NCBI GenBank assembly: GCA_040218735.1
Contig: JAVJQW010000043.1
Span: forward strand, 64,001-128,000
Direction: 5' to 3'
Origin: Deltaproteobacteria bacterium
GTDB lineage: Bacteria; Myxococcota; Kuafuiibacteriia; Kuafuiibacteriales; Kuafuiibacteriaceae
Length of the DNA stretch: 64,000 bases
The notes under the pieces were generated by a model. That model was not told where the DNA came from, ran no database searches, and saw nothing but the letters and a program-made list of their open reading frames with translations. Position 1 is the first letter of the stretch; each line of letters opens with the position of its first letter. Both the position numbers and the translations under genes were made by a program. This document shows positions 48,907 to 57,841 of this stretch, piece after piece.

Positions 48907-50142
48907 ATGGCCACCGAAGTGATGCCCGGGAACGACCTGATCTACGACTGGAACGAGATCGACCGTCGGGGCCCGGTCCTCAAGAAGAAGCCGGAGTTCG
49001 ACGACGAGACGCTCCGCGACGGCATCCAGTCCCCGTCCGTCACCGACCCGTCCATCGAGGACAAGCTGAAGATCCTCCACCTCCAGGCGAAGATCGGCGT
49101 CACCACCAGCGACATCGGCCTCCCGGGGGCCGGACCGCGCGCCTACAACGACGTGCTGCGCCTCGCGCAGGAGATCGCCAACCAAAAGCTCGACATCCAG
49201 GCCAACTGCGCCTGCCGCACCGTTCAGGCCGACATCGCCCCGGTCGTCGACGTCAGCCAGAAGGCCGGCATCCCGATCGAGGTCTACACCTTCATCGGCA
49301 GCTCCCCGATCCGCCAGTTCGCGGAGTCGTGGACCGTCGACCACATCCTCGAGACCAGCGAAGCGGCCATCAAGTTCGCGGTGGGCGAGGGCATGGACGT
49401 CGCGTACGTCACCGAGGACACCACGCGCAGCCACCCGAAGGACCTCGACCGCCTCTTCCGCCACGCGATCGACTGCGGCGTGAAGCGCCTCGTCCTCTGC
49501 GACACCGTCGGCCACTCCACGCCGGACGGCATCTTCAACCTCATCCGCTGGACGAAGGGCCTCATCGCCGGGATGAACGTCGACGTGAAGATCGACTGGC
49601 ACGGCCACAACGACCGCGGCCTGGGCGTGACGAACGCGATCATCGCGCTCGAAGCCGGCGCTGACCGCGTCCACGGCACGTGCCTCGGCATCGGCGAGCG
49701 CGTCGGCAACGCGGCGCTCGACCAGGTGCTCGTGAACCTCAAGCTCCTCGGCCACCTCGAAAACGACCTCACGTCGCTCCTCGAGTACTGCCAGACCGTG
49801 TCGCGCGCGTGTGACTGGCCCATCCCGCGCAACTACCCGCTCGCCGGGACCGACGCCTTCTGCACCGCGACCGGCGTGCACGCCGCCGCGATCGTGAAGG
49901 CCTTCGACCGCGACGACACCTGGCTCGCCGACCGCGTCTACTCCGGCGTCCCCGCCGGCCTGTTCGGCAAGGAGCAGGAGATCCAGATCGGGCCGATGAG
50001 CGGCATGTCGAACGTGCGCTACTGGCTGAAAAAGCGCGGCCACGAGTTCGACAAGGAGCTCGGCAAGAAGATCCTCGACAAGGCGAAGCAGTCGGCGCGG
50101 ACCCTCACGGACGACGAGATCCAGGCCGTCATCGACGCCTGA
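48907..50142 (+). CDS. 2-isopropylmalate synthase-family (DRE-TIM) enzyme without regulatory domain
   Basis: DETLRDGIQSP, LCDTVG, HGHNDRG and GIGERVGN in 411 aa. Confidence 0.85.
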   Translation: MATEVMPGNDLIYDWNEIDRRGPVLKKKPEFDDETLRDGIQSPSVTDPSIEDKLKILHLQAKIGVTTSDIGLPGAGPRAYNDVLRLAQEIANQKLDIQANCACRTVQADIAPVVDVSQKAGIPIEVYTFIGSSPIRQFAESWTVDHILETSEAAIKFAVGEGMDVAYVTEDTTRSHPKDLDRLFRHAIDCGVKRLVLCDTVGHSTPDGIFNLIRWTKGLIAGMNVDVKIDWHGHNDRGLGVTNAIIALEAGADRVHGTCLGIGERVGNAALDQVLVNLKLLGHLENDLTSLLEYCQTVSRACDWPIPRNYPLAGTDAFCTATGVHAAAIVKAFDRDDTWLADRVYSGVPAGLFGKEQEIQIGPMSGMSNVRYWLKKRGHEFDKELGKKILDKAKQSARTLTDDEIQAVIDA

Positions 50143-50906
50143 TGCGCGCGTTCCTCGCCGCCGCCGTGCTGCTCGCGCCGTCGTCGGCGTGGGCGTACGA
50201 GTGCACGGTCGTCGAGGACGATCCGGACATCCCGGTCACCTGGCCGCAGCGCGCGGTCGCCTACGCGGTCACCGAGTCGCTCGGGCTGTCGTTCAGCGAT
50301 GTTCAGGCGGCCTTCGGCGCGTGGGAGGACGTCCCCTGCTCCGACATCACGTTTTCGTTCGAGGGCGTCGTGGAACGCGACGCGGCGAGGCAGGTGCTCG
50401 TCGACTCCGTCACCGAGGGCTGGGACGACTCGGCCTCGGACGCGGTCGCGCTGACCACGCTGCAGTACGAGCTGAGCAACGGGCGGATCCGCACGGCCCG
50501 CATCGAGCTCAACTTCGACGACTTCATCCTCGGCGACACCACCAGCGAGCTCTGCGACGCGCAGGGCCGGCTGCACGACCACCGCTCCGTGCTCACCCAC
50601 GAGGTCGGCCACCTCCTGGGCCTCAGCCACACCCAGAGCTACTCGGGCGCTCCGACCGATCCCACGATGGCCCCGCGCGTCGACCCTTGCGACGCCTCGA
50701 AGCGGGATCTCGCGCCGGACGACGTCGAGGCGATCTGTGCGCTGTATCCGGTCGGCGCGCGTGGGGCTTGTCACGGCCGCGCCGTGCGCACGGGCGGGGA
50801 GGAGGGCGGCGGCTGCACCACGACGGGCGTTCGACCCGACTTCGCGGTCCTCGCGTTGTTGCTCCTCGGGCTGAAGACTTGCCGAAAGCCTCGGTCCGGG
50901 GGATAA
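50142..50906 (+). CDS. Matrixin-like (M10) metalloprotease with MYXO-CTERM-like sorting tail
   Basis: Signal peptide, HEVGHLLGLSH, Met-turn PTMAP, C-terminal GGGC + hydrophobic stretch + basic residues. Confidence 0.85.
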   Translation: MRAFLAAAVLLAPSSAWAYECTVVEDDPDIPVTWPQRAVAYAVTESLGLSFSDVQAAFGAWEDVPCSDITFSFEGVVERDAARQVLVDSVTEGWDDSASDAVALTTLQYELSNGRIRTARIELNFDDFILGDTTSELCDAQGRLHDHRSVLTHEVGHLLGLSHTQSYSGAPTDPTMAPRVDPCDASKRDLAPDDVEAICALYPVGARGACHGRAVRTGGEEGGGCTTTGVRPDFAVLALLLLGLKTCRKPRSGG

Positions 50907-50930
50907 CCGCCCTCGGACAGGGGCCGGCTG

Positions 50931-52535
50931 TTGTTCAATCATCCGTTCGCGCTCGAGCTGGCGTACATCGCCGTAGAAGAAGCGATCCGCCTCGGCGCTT
51001 CATACGCCGACGCCCGGTACGAGTACCGTCAACACGAGGACGTCACCACGCGTAATGGTGCGCTCCATCAGGCAGGTGCCTACACCGAGCGCGGGCTCGG
51101 TCTGCGGGTGCTGGTCCACGGAGCGTGGGGTTACGTCGGTGTCTCCGAGCCGAATCGCCACGACGTGGCGGTGAGCGCGCGTCGGGCCGTGGAGCTCGCG
51201 CGGGCGACGGCGATCGTCCAGGAGCACCCCGTCGCGCTGGTCGACAACGCGCCGCAGCGCTCCATCTACCGCACGCAGATCAAACGCGATCCGCTCGCCG
51301 TCCCGCTGGAGGACAAGGTCGAGCTGCTCTTCTCGATCGACGAGAAGCTCCGCAAGAACGACAAGATCGTGCTCGCAGAGGGCAGCTTCTCCGCCCACCG
51401 GCAGCGCAAGGTGTTCGTCAGCTCCGAGGGCGCCGAGCTCGACCAGGAGCTCGTGTACACCGGCGTCGGTTACCGCGCCGGCGCGTCGGACGGCGACGAC
51501 CTGCAGTTCCGCTCCTTCCCCGCGCCCGGGCGCGGGACCTTCATGGGCAAGGGCTGGGAGCTCGTCTCCGAGTCCGCGTTGCTCGACAACGCCGAGCGTG
51601 TCGCTGAGGAGGCCGTCGCGCTGTTGTCGGCCGAGGCGTGTCCGGCGGGCAACATGGCGCTGGTCCTCACCGCGGACACCGCCGCCCACCAGCTCCGTCA
51701 CACCTGTGCGCAGCTCCTCGAGCTCGACCGCGTGCTCGGCTACGCGCGCAGCGAGAGCGGCGGATCGATCATCACCACCGACCGCCTAGGCAGCGAGAAG
51801 TTCGCGAGTGACCTCGTCACGATCTACGCGGACGCACGCGAGCCGGGCGGCGCCGGCACCTTCGGCTACGACGACGAGGGCGTGGAAGCGCAGCGCGTCG
51901 ACCTCGTGACCGACGGCCGGTGCACCGGCTTCCTCTCCAGCCGCGAGTCCGCGTTCCGCGTAGGGCTCGAGCGCTCGCAAGGCAGCATGCGCGCGGCGAG
52001 CTGGGGGCACGCGCCGTCGGTGCGTGTCACGAACGTCTCGTTGGCGCCCGGCAAGGGCGGCGACCTGGACGCGATCATCTCCGACACCGAGGACGGCATC
52101 CTGATGGACACCGGCTCCTCGTTCTCGACGGACGGCGACGGTCGGACCTTCGTCACCACGACGGAGCAGGCCTGGCGCATCAAGAACGGCAAGCGCGCCG
52201 GGCTGCTGAAGAACCCGAGCTTCTCGGGCGACACCCTCGGCGTCTGGCAGAACGTGGACGTCGTCGGCGGGCAGGAGGCTTGGCAGTTCTCCGGCTCGCT
52301 CGACCAGACGAAGGGGCGGCCGCTGCAGATCGTCCCGGTGGGCCACGGCGCGCCGCCGATTCGAATCTCGGACGTGCAGATCGGCGTGGTCCCCGCGGGG
52401 ATCGCGGTGGTGCCGAACGGCGAGCGCATCGAGACCATCGGCGGCAAGTCCGGCGGCGGTCGGCGCTCGAGCAAGCGTCGCGGCGGTAAACGTCGCGGGA
52501 CGCGCAAGCGCACACGAAAGAAGGACACCAAGTGA
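50931..52535 (+). CDS. tldD: TldD-family protein with degenerate active site
   Basis: GASYADAR, GLGLRVLVHGAWG, ELDRVLG, FGYDDEGV. The HExxGH motif is missing. Confidence 0.85.
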   Translation: MFNHPFALELAYIAVEEAIRLGASYADARYEYRQHEDVTTRNGALHQAGAYTERGLGLRVLVHGAWGYVGVSEPNRHDVAVSARRAVELARATAIVQEHPVALVDNAPQRSIYRTQIKRDPLAVPLEDKVELLFSIDEKLRKNDKIVLAEGSFSAHRQRKVFVSSEGAELDQELVYTGVGYRAGASDGDDLQFRSFPAPGRGTFMGKGWELVSESALLDNAERVAEEAVALLSAEACPAGNMALVLTADTAAHQLRHTCAQLLELDRVLGYARSESGGSIITTDRLGSEKFASDLVTIYADAREPGGAGTFGYDDEGVEAQRVDLVTDGRCTGFLSSRESAFRVGLERSQGSMRAASWGHAPSVRVTNVSLAPGKGGDLDAIISDTEDGILMDTGSSFSTDGDGRTFVTTTEQAWRIKNGKRAGLLKNPSFSGDTLGVWQNVDVVGGQEAWQFSGSLDQTKGRPLQIVPVGHGAPPIRISDVQIGVVPAGIAVVPNGERIETIGGKSGGGRRSSKRRGGKRRGTRKRTRKKDTK

Positions 52536-53872
52536 GGGCCAAGGAAGAAGCGTTCCGGATCCTCGAGGCGGCGCTCTCGATCGCGTCGACGGGTGTCGAC
52601 GAAGCCGAGGTCAGCCTGGGCGGGGGTGAGCTGGGGATGACGTCCTTCGGGCTCAACCAGCTCGGCCCGGCGATCGACCACGCGCACGAGGTGCTCGCGA
52701 TTCGGGCGAGCAAGGACGGGCGGATGTGCCGCGTCCAGACGAACGACCTCAGCACCTCCGGCATCAAGGAAGCGGCCCAAGAGGCGCGCACCAAGGTCGA
52801 CCACCTCCCAGCCGCCGCGAAGGGCGCGGGGCTCCCGGAGCCTCAGAGCTACGAGCTCACCGAGGCGTACGACCCGGAGACCGACGCCACGAAGACCCTC
52901 GACCGCACGATGCTCGCGTCGCGCGCGTTGATGGCGGCGCACAAGGGTGACCTGTACGCGTCCGGCCTCGTCGCGGTGCGCCGCGGCTCCGTCGGGCTCG
53001 ACGGCAGCCCGGGGACCTACGCGGTCGCGAACACTCGCGGCCTCCTTGCGTATCACCCCGCCACGCGCGTGACCTACTCGGTCGACATGTCGCGGTCGGG
53101 AGGGCTCAACGGTTTTGCCGAGGACGAGTCGTACTCGATCTCCGGCATCGACCCGCAGCAGCTCGTCTCCACCGCGGTGAAGAAGGCTTCGCTCGGCGCG
53201 GAGGCGCAGCGCATCGGCCCCGGCGTCTACACCGCGGTGCTGGAGCCGGCGGCGGTCGGCGCGTTGATGGTGTACCTCGGGCGCACCGCCGGCGCGGCGC
53301 GGATGCACGCGGGTGCTTCGTTCCTGTCCGGGCGCATCGGCGAGAAGATCGCGGACGCCTCGGTCACGATCATCGACGACTACGCGCACCCGCTGCTCCG
53401 CGGGACGCCGTTCGACGTCGAAGGTGTCGCGCGGATGCGCGTGCCGATCATCGAAGAAGGTGTCGCGAAGGGCCCCGTGTACTCGTGGGACAGCGCGATT
53501 CGCTTCGAATCGCAGGCGACCGGACACCGCGTGGTGGATCCGTACGACGGCGAGGTCGAGCACGCCCAGAACCTCGTGATGAGCGGCGGCGACGCCACGT
53601 TCTCGGACCTCCTCGGCGGCGTGGAGTCCGGCGTCCTGATCGGACGCATCACCAACGTCACGCTCCTCGACCCGCGCCGGCTGATCGTCACCGGCATGAC
53701 TTCGGGCGGTTTCTTCCTCGTCGACCACGGTGACCTCACGGTGCCGCTGTCGAACATGCGCGTGACCGTGAGCCTCCTGGATCTGCTCGCGGGGATCGAA
53801 GGCATGACCGGGTCCGCCTGGGCCGAAGGCAGCGTCGTCCCTGCGCTCCGCGCGCAGATCCCGCTGACGTGA
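52532..53872 (+). CDS. tldE: TldE/PmbA-family protein
   Basis: AVANTRG, PGVYTAVLEPAAV, SFLSGRIGEKI, PFDVEG, TGMTSGG. GTGA overlap with tldD. Confidence 0.85.
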   Translation: MRAKEEAFRILEAALSIASTGVDEAEVSLGGGELGMTSFGLNQLGPAIDHAHEVLAIRASKDGRMCRVQTNDLSTSGIKEAAQEARTKVDHLPAAAKGAGLPEPQSYELTEAYDPETDATKTLDRTMLASRALMAAHKGDLYASGLVAVRRGSVGLDGSPGTYAVANTRGLLAYHPATRVTYSVDMSRSGGLNGFAEDESYSISGIDPQQLVSTAVKKASLGAEAQRIGPGVYTAVLEPAAVGALMVYLGRTAGAARMHAGASFLSGRIGEKIADASVTIIDDYAHPLLRGTPFDVEGVARMRVPIIEEGVAKGPVYSWDSAIRFESQATGHRVVDPYDGEVEHAQNLVMSGGDATFSDLLGGVESGVLIGRITNVTLLDPRRLIVTGMTSGGFFLVDHGDLTVPLSNMRVTVSLLDLLAGIEGMTGSAWAEGSVVPALRAQIPLT

Positions 53873-54966
53873 CTGCCGTCGGCGCGGTGGTCTCGGCCAT
53901 CGTCGCGCTGCTCTGGCTCCTCCTCCTCATTACCGGTCTGCGCGGCGCGAAACGAACGCCCGTCGTCGGCCCCGTCGAGGGCGAGGTGTCGGGCGTCGCC
54001 GCGTTCATGCCCGCGCGCAACGAAGCGGAAGTGATCAAACAGGCCGTCGATGGGTTGCGGACGCAGGCGCCGCTGGTGGTGATCGACGACCAGTCCACCG
54101 ACGGCACGCGTGAGGTGCTCGCGGGGATCGCGGGGATTCAGATCGTGGAGGGCACCGGCCCCGGCGAAGGGGAGTGCGGCAAGCCCGCGGCGCTGCTGCG
54201 CGGGTACGAACACGTCGCGGACGACGCACGTTGGCTGCTGTTCGTCGACGCCGACGTCATCCTCGAACCGGGCGCGGTCGCGGGGTTGGTCGCGCACGCG
54301 CAGGAGGTCGGCGCCGACGCGGTGACGGTGCTGCCGCGGCTCACGCTCACGACGCCGATCGAGAAGATCGTCATGCCTTCGATCGGCGCGCTGATCGTCG
54401 CCCAGTACCCGCCCGCGGCGGTCGCGGATCCGTCGAGCCCTGTCGCGTTCCTCAACGGCCAGGTGATCCTCGTCCGGCGTGAGCTGTACGAGCACATCGG
54501 CGGGCATCGTGCGGTCATCGCCGACGTGCTCGAAGACGTCGCGCTCGGTCGGCACCTGAAGCAGGCCGGGGGGAAGCTGTCGGTGGTGGACGGTCGGAAG
54601 ATCGCGCGCACGCGGATGTACGACGGCTGGCGTGAGCTCCGCGAGGGCTGGACGAAGAACCTCTACCTCCTCATGGGATCGAGCGCCTCGCGCACGGTGG
54701 TCTGGGCGCTGCTGTCCGTGGTGCTCGGAGGCTCGGGTTGGCTCGCGTTCGGCGTGGCGGGGTGGCCGTTCGGCGTCGCCACCTTGCTCTGGGCGGTGAC
54801 GGTGCAAGTCACCTTGCGCCGCACCGGGAGTGTGTCGCCGTGGTGGGCGATCTTCGCGCCGCTTGGCGCGGCGGTGACGGCGTTCCTGCTCCTGGAGAGC
54901 CTGTGGCGCCACCGCGGGGGGCGCTCCGTGGCCTGGAAGGGCCGAACCTACGGTTCGACGCGGTAG
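53869..54966 (+). CDS. Glycosyltransferase family 2, membrane-bound (CrtQ/HpnB-like)
   Basis: MPARNE, IDDQSTDGT, GKP, FVDAD, LEDV, RMY...GWTKN, N- and C-terminal TM helices. Confidence 0.9.
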   Translation: MTAVGAVVSAIVALLWLLLLITGLRGAKRTPVVGPVEGEVSGVAAFMPARNEAEVIKQAVDGLRTQAPLVVIDDQSTDGTREVLAGIAGIQIVEGTGPGEGECGKPAALLRGYEHVADDARWLLFVDADVILEPGAVAGLVAHAQEVGADAVTVLPRLTLTTPIEKIVMPSIGALIVAQYPPAAVADPSSPVAFLNGQVILVRRELYEHIGGHRAVIADVLEDVALGRHLKQAGGKLSVVDGRKIARTRMYDGWRELREGWTKNLYLLMGSSASRTVVWALLSVVLGGSGWLAFGVAGWPFGVATLLWAVTVQVTLRRTGSVSPWWAIFAPLGAAVTAFLLLESLWRHRGGRSVAWKGRTYGSTR

Positions 54967-55952
54967 CTCTTGGCGGTGTCCGGGTCGATGTCGACGCGAA
55001 CGCGGCGGTCGATCCCCAGCTTGGCGTTCACGGCGCGTAGCTCGACGCAGCCGGACGGGAGCTCCGCCGCGATCGAGGGGCCGCGGCCGAGGCGACGGGC
55101 GCCGAGGAAGAGCTCGTAGCGGTCGCTGGTCTCGAGCGTGACGCTGGTGATGATCGTCTCGTCGAAGAGGCAGGGCGGCGTGCGCGAGACCTGCACGAAG
55201 GCATCGTCCTCCGGCGCCTTCTTCGCGAGGGCTTCGGAGCGCGGCGCGACGTTCTCACACGCGGCGGAGCGGCGCCCGGGGGACAGCGCGACGTCGAGGT
55301 CGCAAGCCTGCTTGCAGAGGTGGTCTTCACCCTCAGCGCACATGCGTCGCCACTCGGCGAGCTGTTGACGGTGGAGGTCGCTGACGTCTTCGATCTCCCC
55401 GGGATCGAAGTCGACGATGATCGACTTGAGGCGGTTCGGTTCGATCTTCGCGCGGTAGTCGATGCACTTGTACGTGTTGCAGAACGTGATGCGGTGGGTG
55501 CCCGCCGGAATGTTCGACGCGATGAACGGGCCGTCGCCCTTCTCGATCTTGCGCCAACCGAGGCGCTTGGCGTCCACCGTCGCTTCGACGGGGAACGTCT
55601 GGACGATCAACGCGCCCACGCCCTTCGACGCCTTGGGTTTCACGACGCCGACGGGGATGGGCTGCCACGCTTGGAGGTGGTGCACGACGACGTTCCCGAG
55701 CACCACGTCGACCGACGCGCGCTGCGGCTCGTACCCCTCGCGGCGCGCCGTGACCCAGTAGCGGCCGGCCTCGAGGCCGCGAAACAGGACGCCGTCGCCC
55801 CCGTCCGAGACGTGGGTGCCGACGCCTTCCAGCTCCACCGAGATCCCCTGGCCGGCTTTGACTTGGAGGTAACCCAGCGGCGCCGCCTGAGCGGTTCCGG
55901 CGGCGAGGAGGACGACAGTCGCGAGGGGCACCCAACGCAAGACGCGGATCAA
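54948..55952 (-). CDS. Secreted protein with PEGA-like beta-sandwich domains
   Basis: Signal peptide, GLEAGRYWVTARREGY and NIPAGTHRITF units. Start uncertain. Confidence 0.65.
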   Translation of the reverse strand: MIRVLRWVPLATVVLLAAGTAQAAPLGYLQVKAGQGISVELEGVGTHVSDGGDGVLFRGLEAGRYWVTARREGYEPQRASVDVVLGNVVVHHLQAWQPIPVGVVKPKASKGVGALIVQTFPVEATVDAKRLGWRKIEKGDGPFIASNIPAGTHRITFCNTYKCIDYRAKIEPNRLKSIIVDFDPGEIEDVSDLHRQQLAEWRRMCAEGEDHLCKQACDLDVALSPGRRSAACENVAPRSEALAKKAPEDDAFVQVSRTPPCLFDETIITSVTLETSDRYELFLGARRLGRGPSIAAELPSGCVELRAVNAKLGIDRRVRVDIDPDTAKSYRVEP

Positions 55953-56016
55953 TGTAGTCGGGCCCCCTCGGGGCAGGCAACCAAAGTGCCGACGGTCACC
56001 CCGGGCGCGGGTGTGG

Positions 56017-57774
56017 TCACCGCGAGGACTTCTTCTTCTCGAGCTCTTCGTGGAGGTCCGAGACGAGCCGTTGGCGGCTGTGCACCCGCGTGGCGAAGTC
56101 GTCCGCCTCCAGCGGCGTCCCGCCGGCCGGCGTGAGGGAGGTCTGGGTCTCCAGCTCGACCCAGGTCGGCTGGTCGTCCGAGCCGAACTCCTCGCGGAGG
56201 GCCTTCAGCTCGTCCTCGTTGACGGACGACATACGCGTCGTCTCCTCGTCGTCGTGCTCCGTGTTCTCGGACGGGAGGGCGAGCTCGGCGGCGAGCCGGC
56301 CGGTGAACAGCGGGTCCTTCGTCTTCGACGGCGCGGGCGGCGCCGCCCCGAGCTGCGACGCGATGCGCGTCTCGGCCGAAGCGTGCGCGGCGGCTTGGGC
56401 GGGATCCGAAGGGCCACGGTGCCACGGGTGCTGGTGGATCGGCATCGCCTCGTAGGACGGCGTCGACACCCCGGAGTTGGGGCGCTCGACGTCGATGACC
56501 GCGTCGCCGGGCATCTCAGAGACCTCCTCGAGGACGTCGTTGTCGTCGAGCATCACCGTCGCCGACTTCGAGCGCCACGGATCCTCGGTCTCGTCGAGGG
56601 GGGAGAGCGCCGCGTGGGAGTCGGTCGCGCCCATCGGTGCGGAAGGGAGCTCGCCGACGTCGGGCGTCGAGCGCCGCACCTCGCGGAGCCGGCGGTCCAG
56701 CGAGCTGGCTTCGTCTTCGCGGCCGGCCTGTCGGAGCACCCGCGCGCCGAGCTCGAGCGCGGCTTCGTGGTTGGGGTTCGCTTTGAGGCACGCGAACAAC
56801 GCGCGGTCGCGTGCGGCGGTGTCGCCGGTGTCGTCGTGCAGCCGCGCGAGCTGGAACCAGAGGCGGGTCGCCTCGCCGGTGATGCCGAACGCGAGGCACG
56901 CGTGCGCGGAGACTTCGAGCGCCTGCGGATCCGACGGAGCCTCTTTGAGGAGCTTCGTGATCTCGGTGACGGCTTGCCCGCGCTGCCCGAGCTTGGTTCG
57001 TGCCTTCACGAGCTCGATGCGCGCGGGGACGACCTTGTCGTGCGCGCCGATCTGTTCGAGCGCGCGGAGCAGTGACTCGAGGACCCGCACCTCGTCCGGG
57101 AACTTCTCGTAGAACGGAACGAGCAGCGCGAGCGCTTCGCGGCTGCGGCGGTGCGCCATCAGGATCTCCGCGAGGTCCACGCCGACCTCGGGATAGTCAC
57201 CGGCGATCTCCGCCGCGCGGAGCAGGAGCGGCGCGATGTCGACGCCGCGTTGGTCGAGGCGCGCGCTCACGCGTTTCCAGGTCTCGACCGCTTCCTTCAC
57301 GCGGCCCGACTCACCGAGCGCGGTCGCGTGCTGCGTCGCGAGGTCGAGGTCGTCGGGCTGGAGCGCGCACAGCTCGTCGAGCGCCCAGACGCGGCGGCGG
57401 TCGCCCGACGCGCGCGCGACGCCGATCAGCTGGCGCAGCACGGGCTCGAGCTCGCGTGTGTTGCCGAGCATCTTGAGGCACTCACCCATGCGGAACAGGA
57501 TGTCGGGTTCGTTCGGGCTGACCGTGTTGGCCGCCTTGAGCATGCGGTAGGCGCCGAGCACTTCGTTCTGCCGCGTGAAGATCGCGGCGGCTTTGTTGAA
57601 GTGGTGGAACGCGCGCTCCTGATTCCCGGAGAGGCGGTAGGCCTCCGCGACCCGGCCGCGGATCTCGGCGTCGTCGGGGCGGTCGGACAGGAGCATCCGC
57701 AGGCGTTCGATCGCCTGCGCGTACCGACCTTTGCGGAGCAGCTCCTCCGCGAGCTCAAGGTCGAGCTGCGACAC
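56017..57774 (-). CDS. TPR-repeat protein with acidic disordered C-terminus
   Basis: Repeated helical units ending in P-D/N-x. Low-complexity tail. Confidence 0.8.
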   Translation of the reverse strand: MSQLDLELAEELLRKGRYAQAIERLRMLLSDRPDDAEIRGRVAEAYRLSGNQERAFHHFNKAAAIFTRQNEVLGAYRMLKAANTVSPNEPDILFRMGECLKMLGNTRELEPVLRQLIGVARASGDRRRVWALDELCALQPDDLDLATQHATALGESGRVKEAVETWKRVSARLDQRGVDIAPLLLRAAEIAGDYPEVGVDLAEILMAHRRSREALALLVPFYEKFPDEVRVLESLLRALEQIGAHDKVVPARIELVKARTKLGQRGQAVTEITKLLKEAPSDPQALEVSAHACLAFGITGEATRLWFQLARLHDDTGDTAARDRALFACLKANPNHEAALELGARVLRQAGREDEASSLDRRLREVRRSTPDVGELPSAPMGATDSHAALSPLDETEDPWRSKSATVMLDDNDVLEEVSEMPGDAVIDVERPNSGVSTPSYEAMPIHQHPWHRGPSDPAQAAAHASAETRIASQLGAAPPAPSKTKDPLFTGRLAAELALPSENTEHDDEETTRMSSVNEDELKALREEFGSDDQPTWVELETQTSLTPAGGTPLEADDFATRVHSRQRLVSDLHEELEKKKSSR

Positions 57775-57841
57775 CGCCGTCGAGCATAGGCCCTGTGGTG
57801 GTGTGAGTCGATTCCGAGGTCGCGCTCCGCGCGAAAACGCC

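Noticed and set aside
48907-50142. Assigning the symbol leuA
   Set aside because: The family is clear but the substrate is not (isopropylmalate, homocitrate or citramalate synthase). There is no regulatory domain and no leu operon context.
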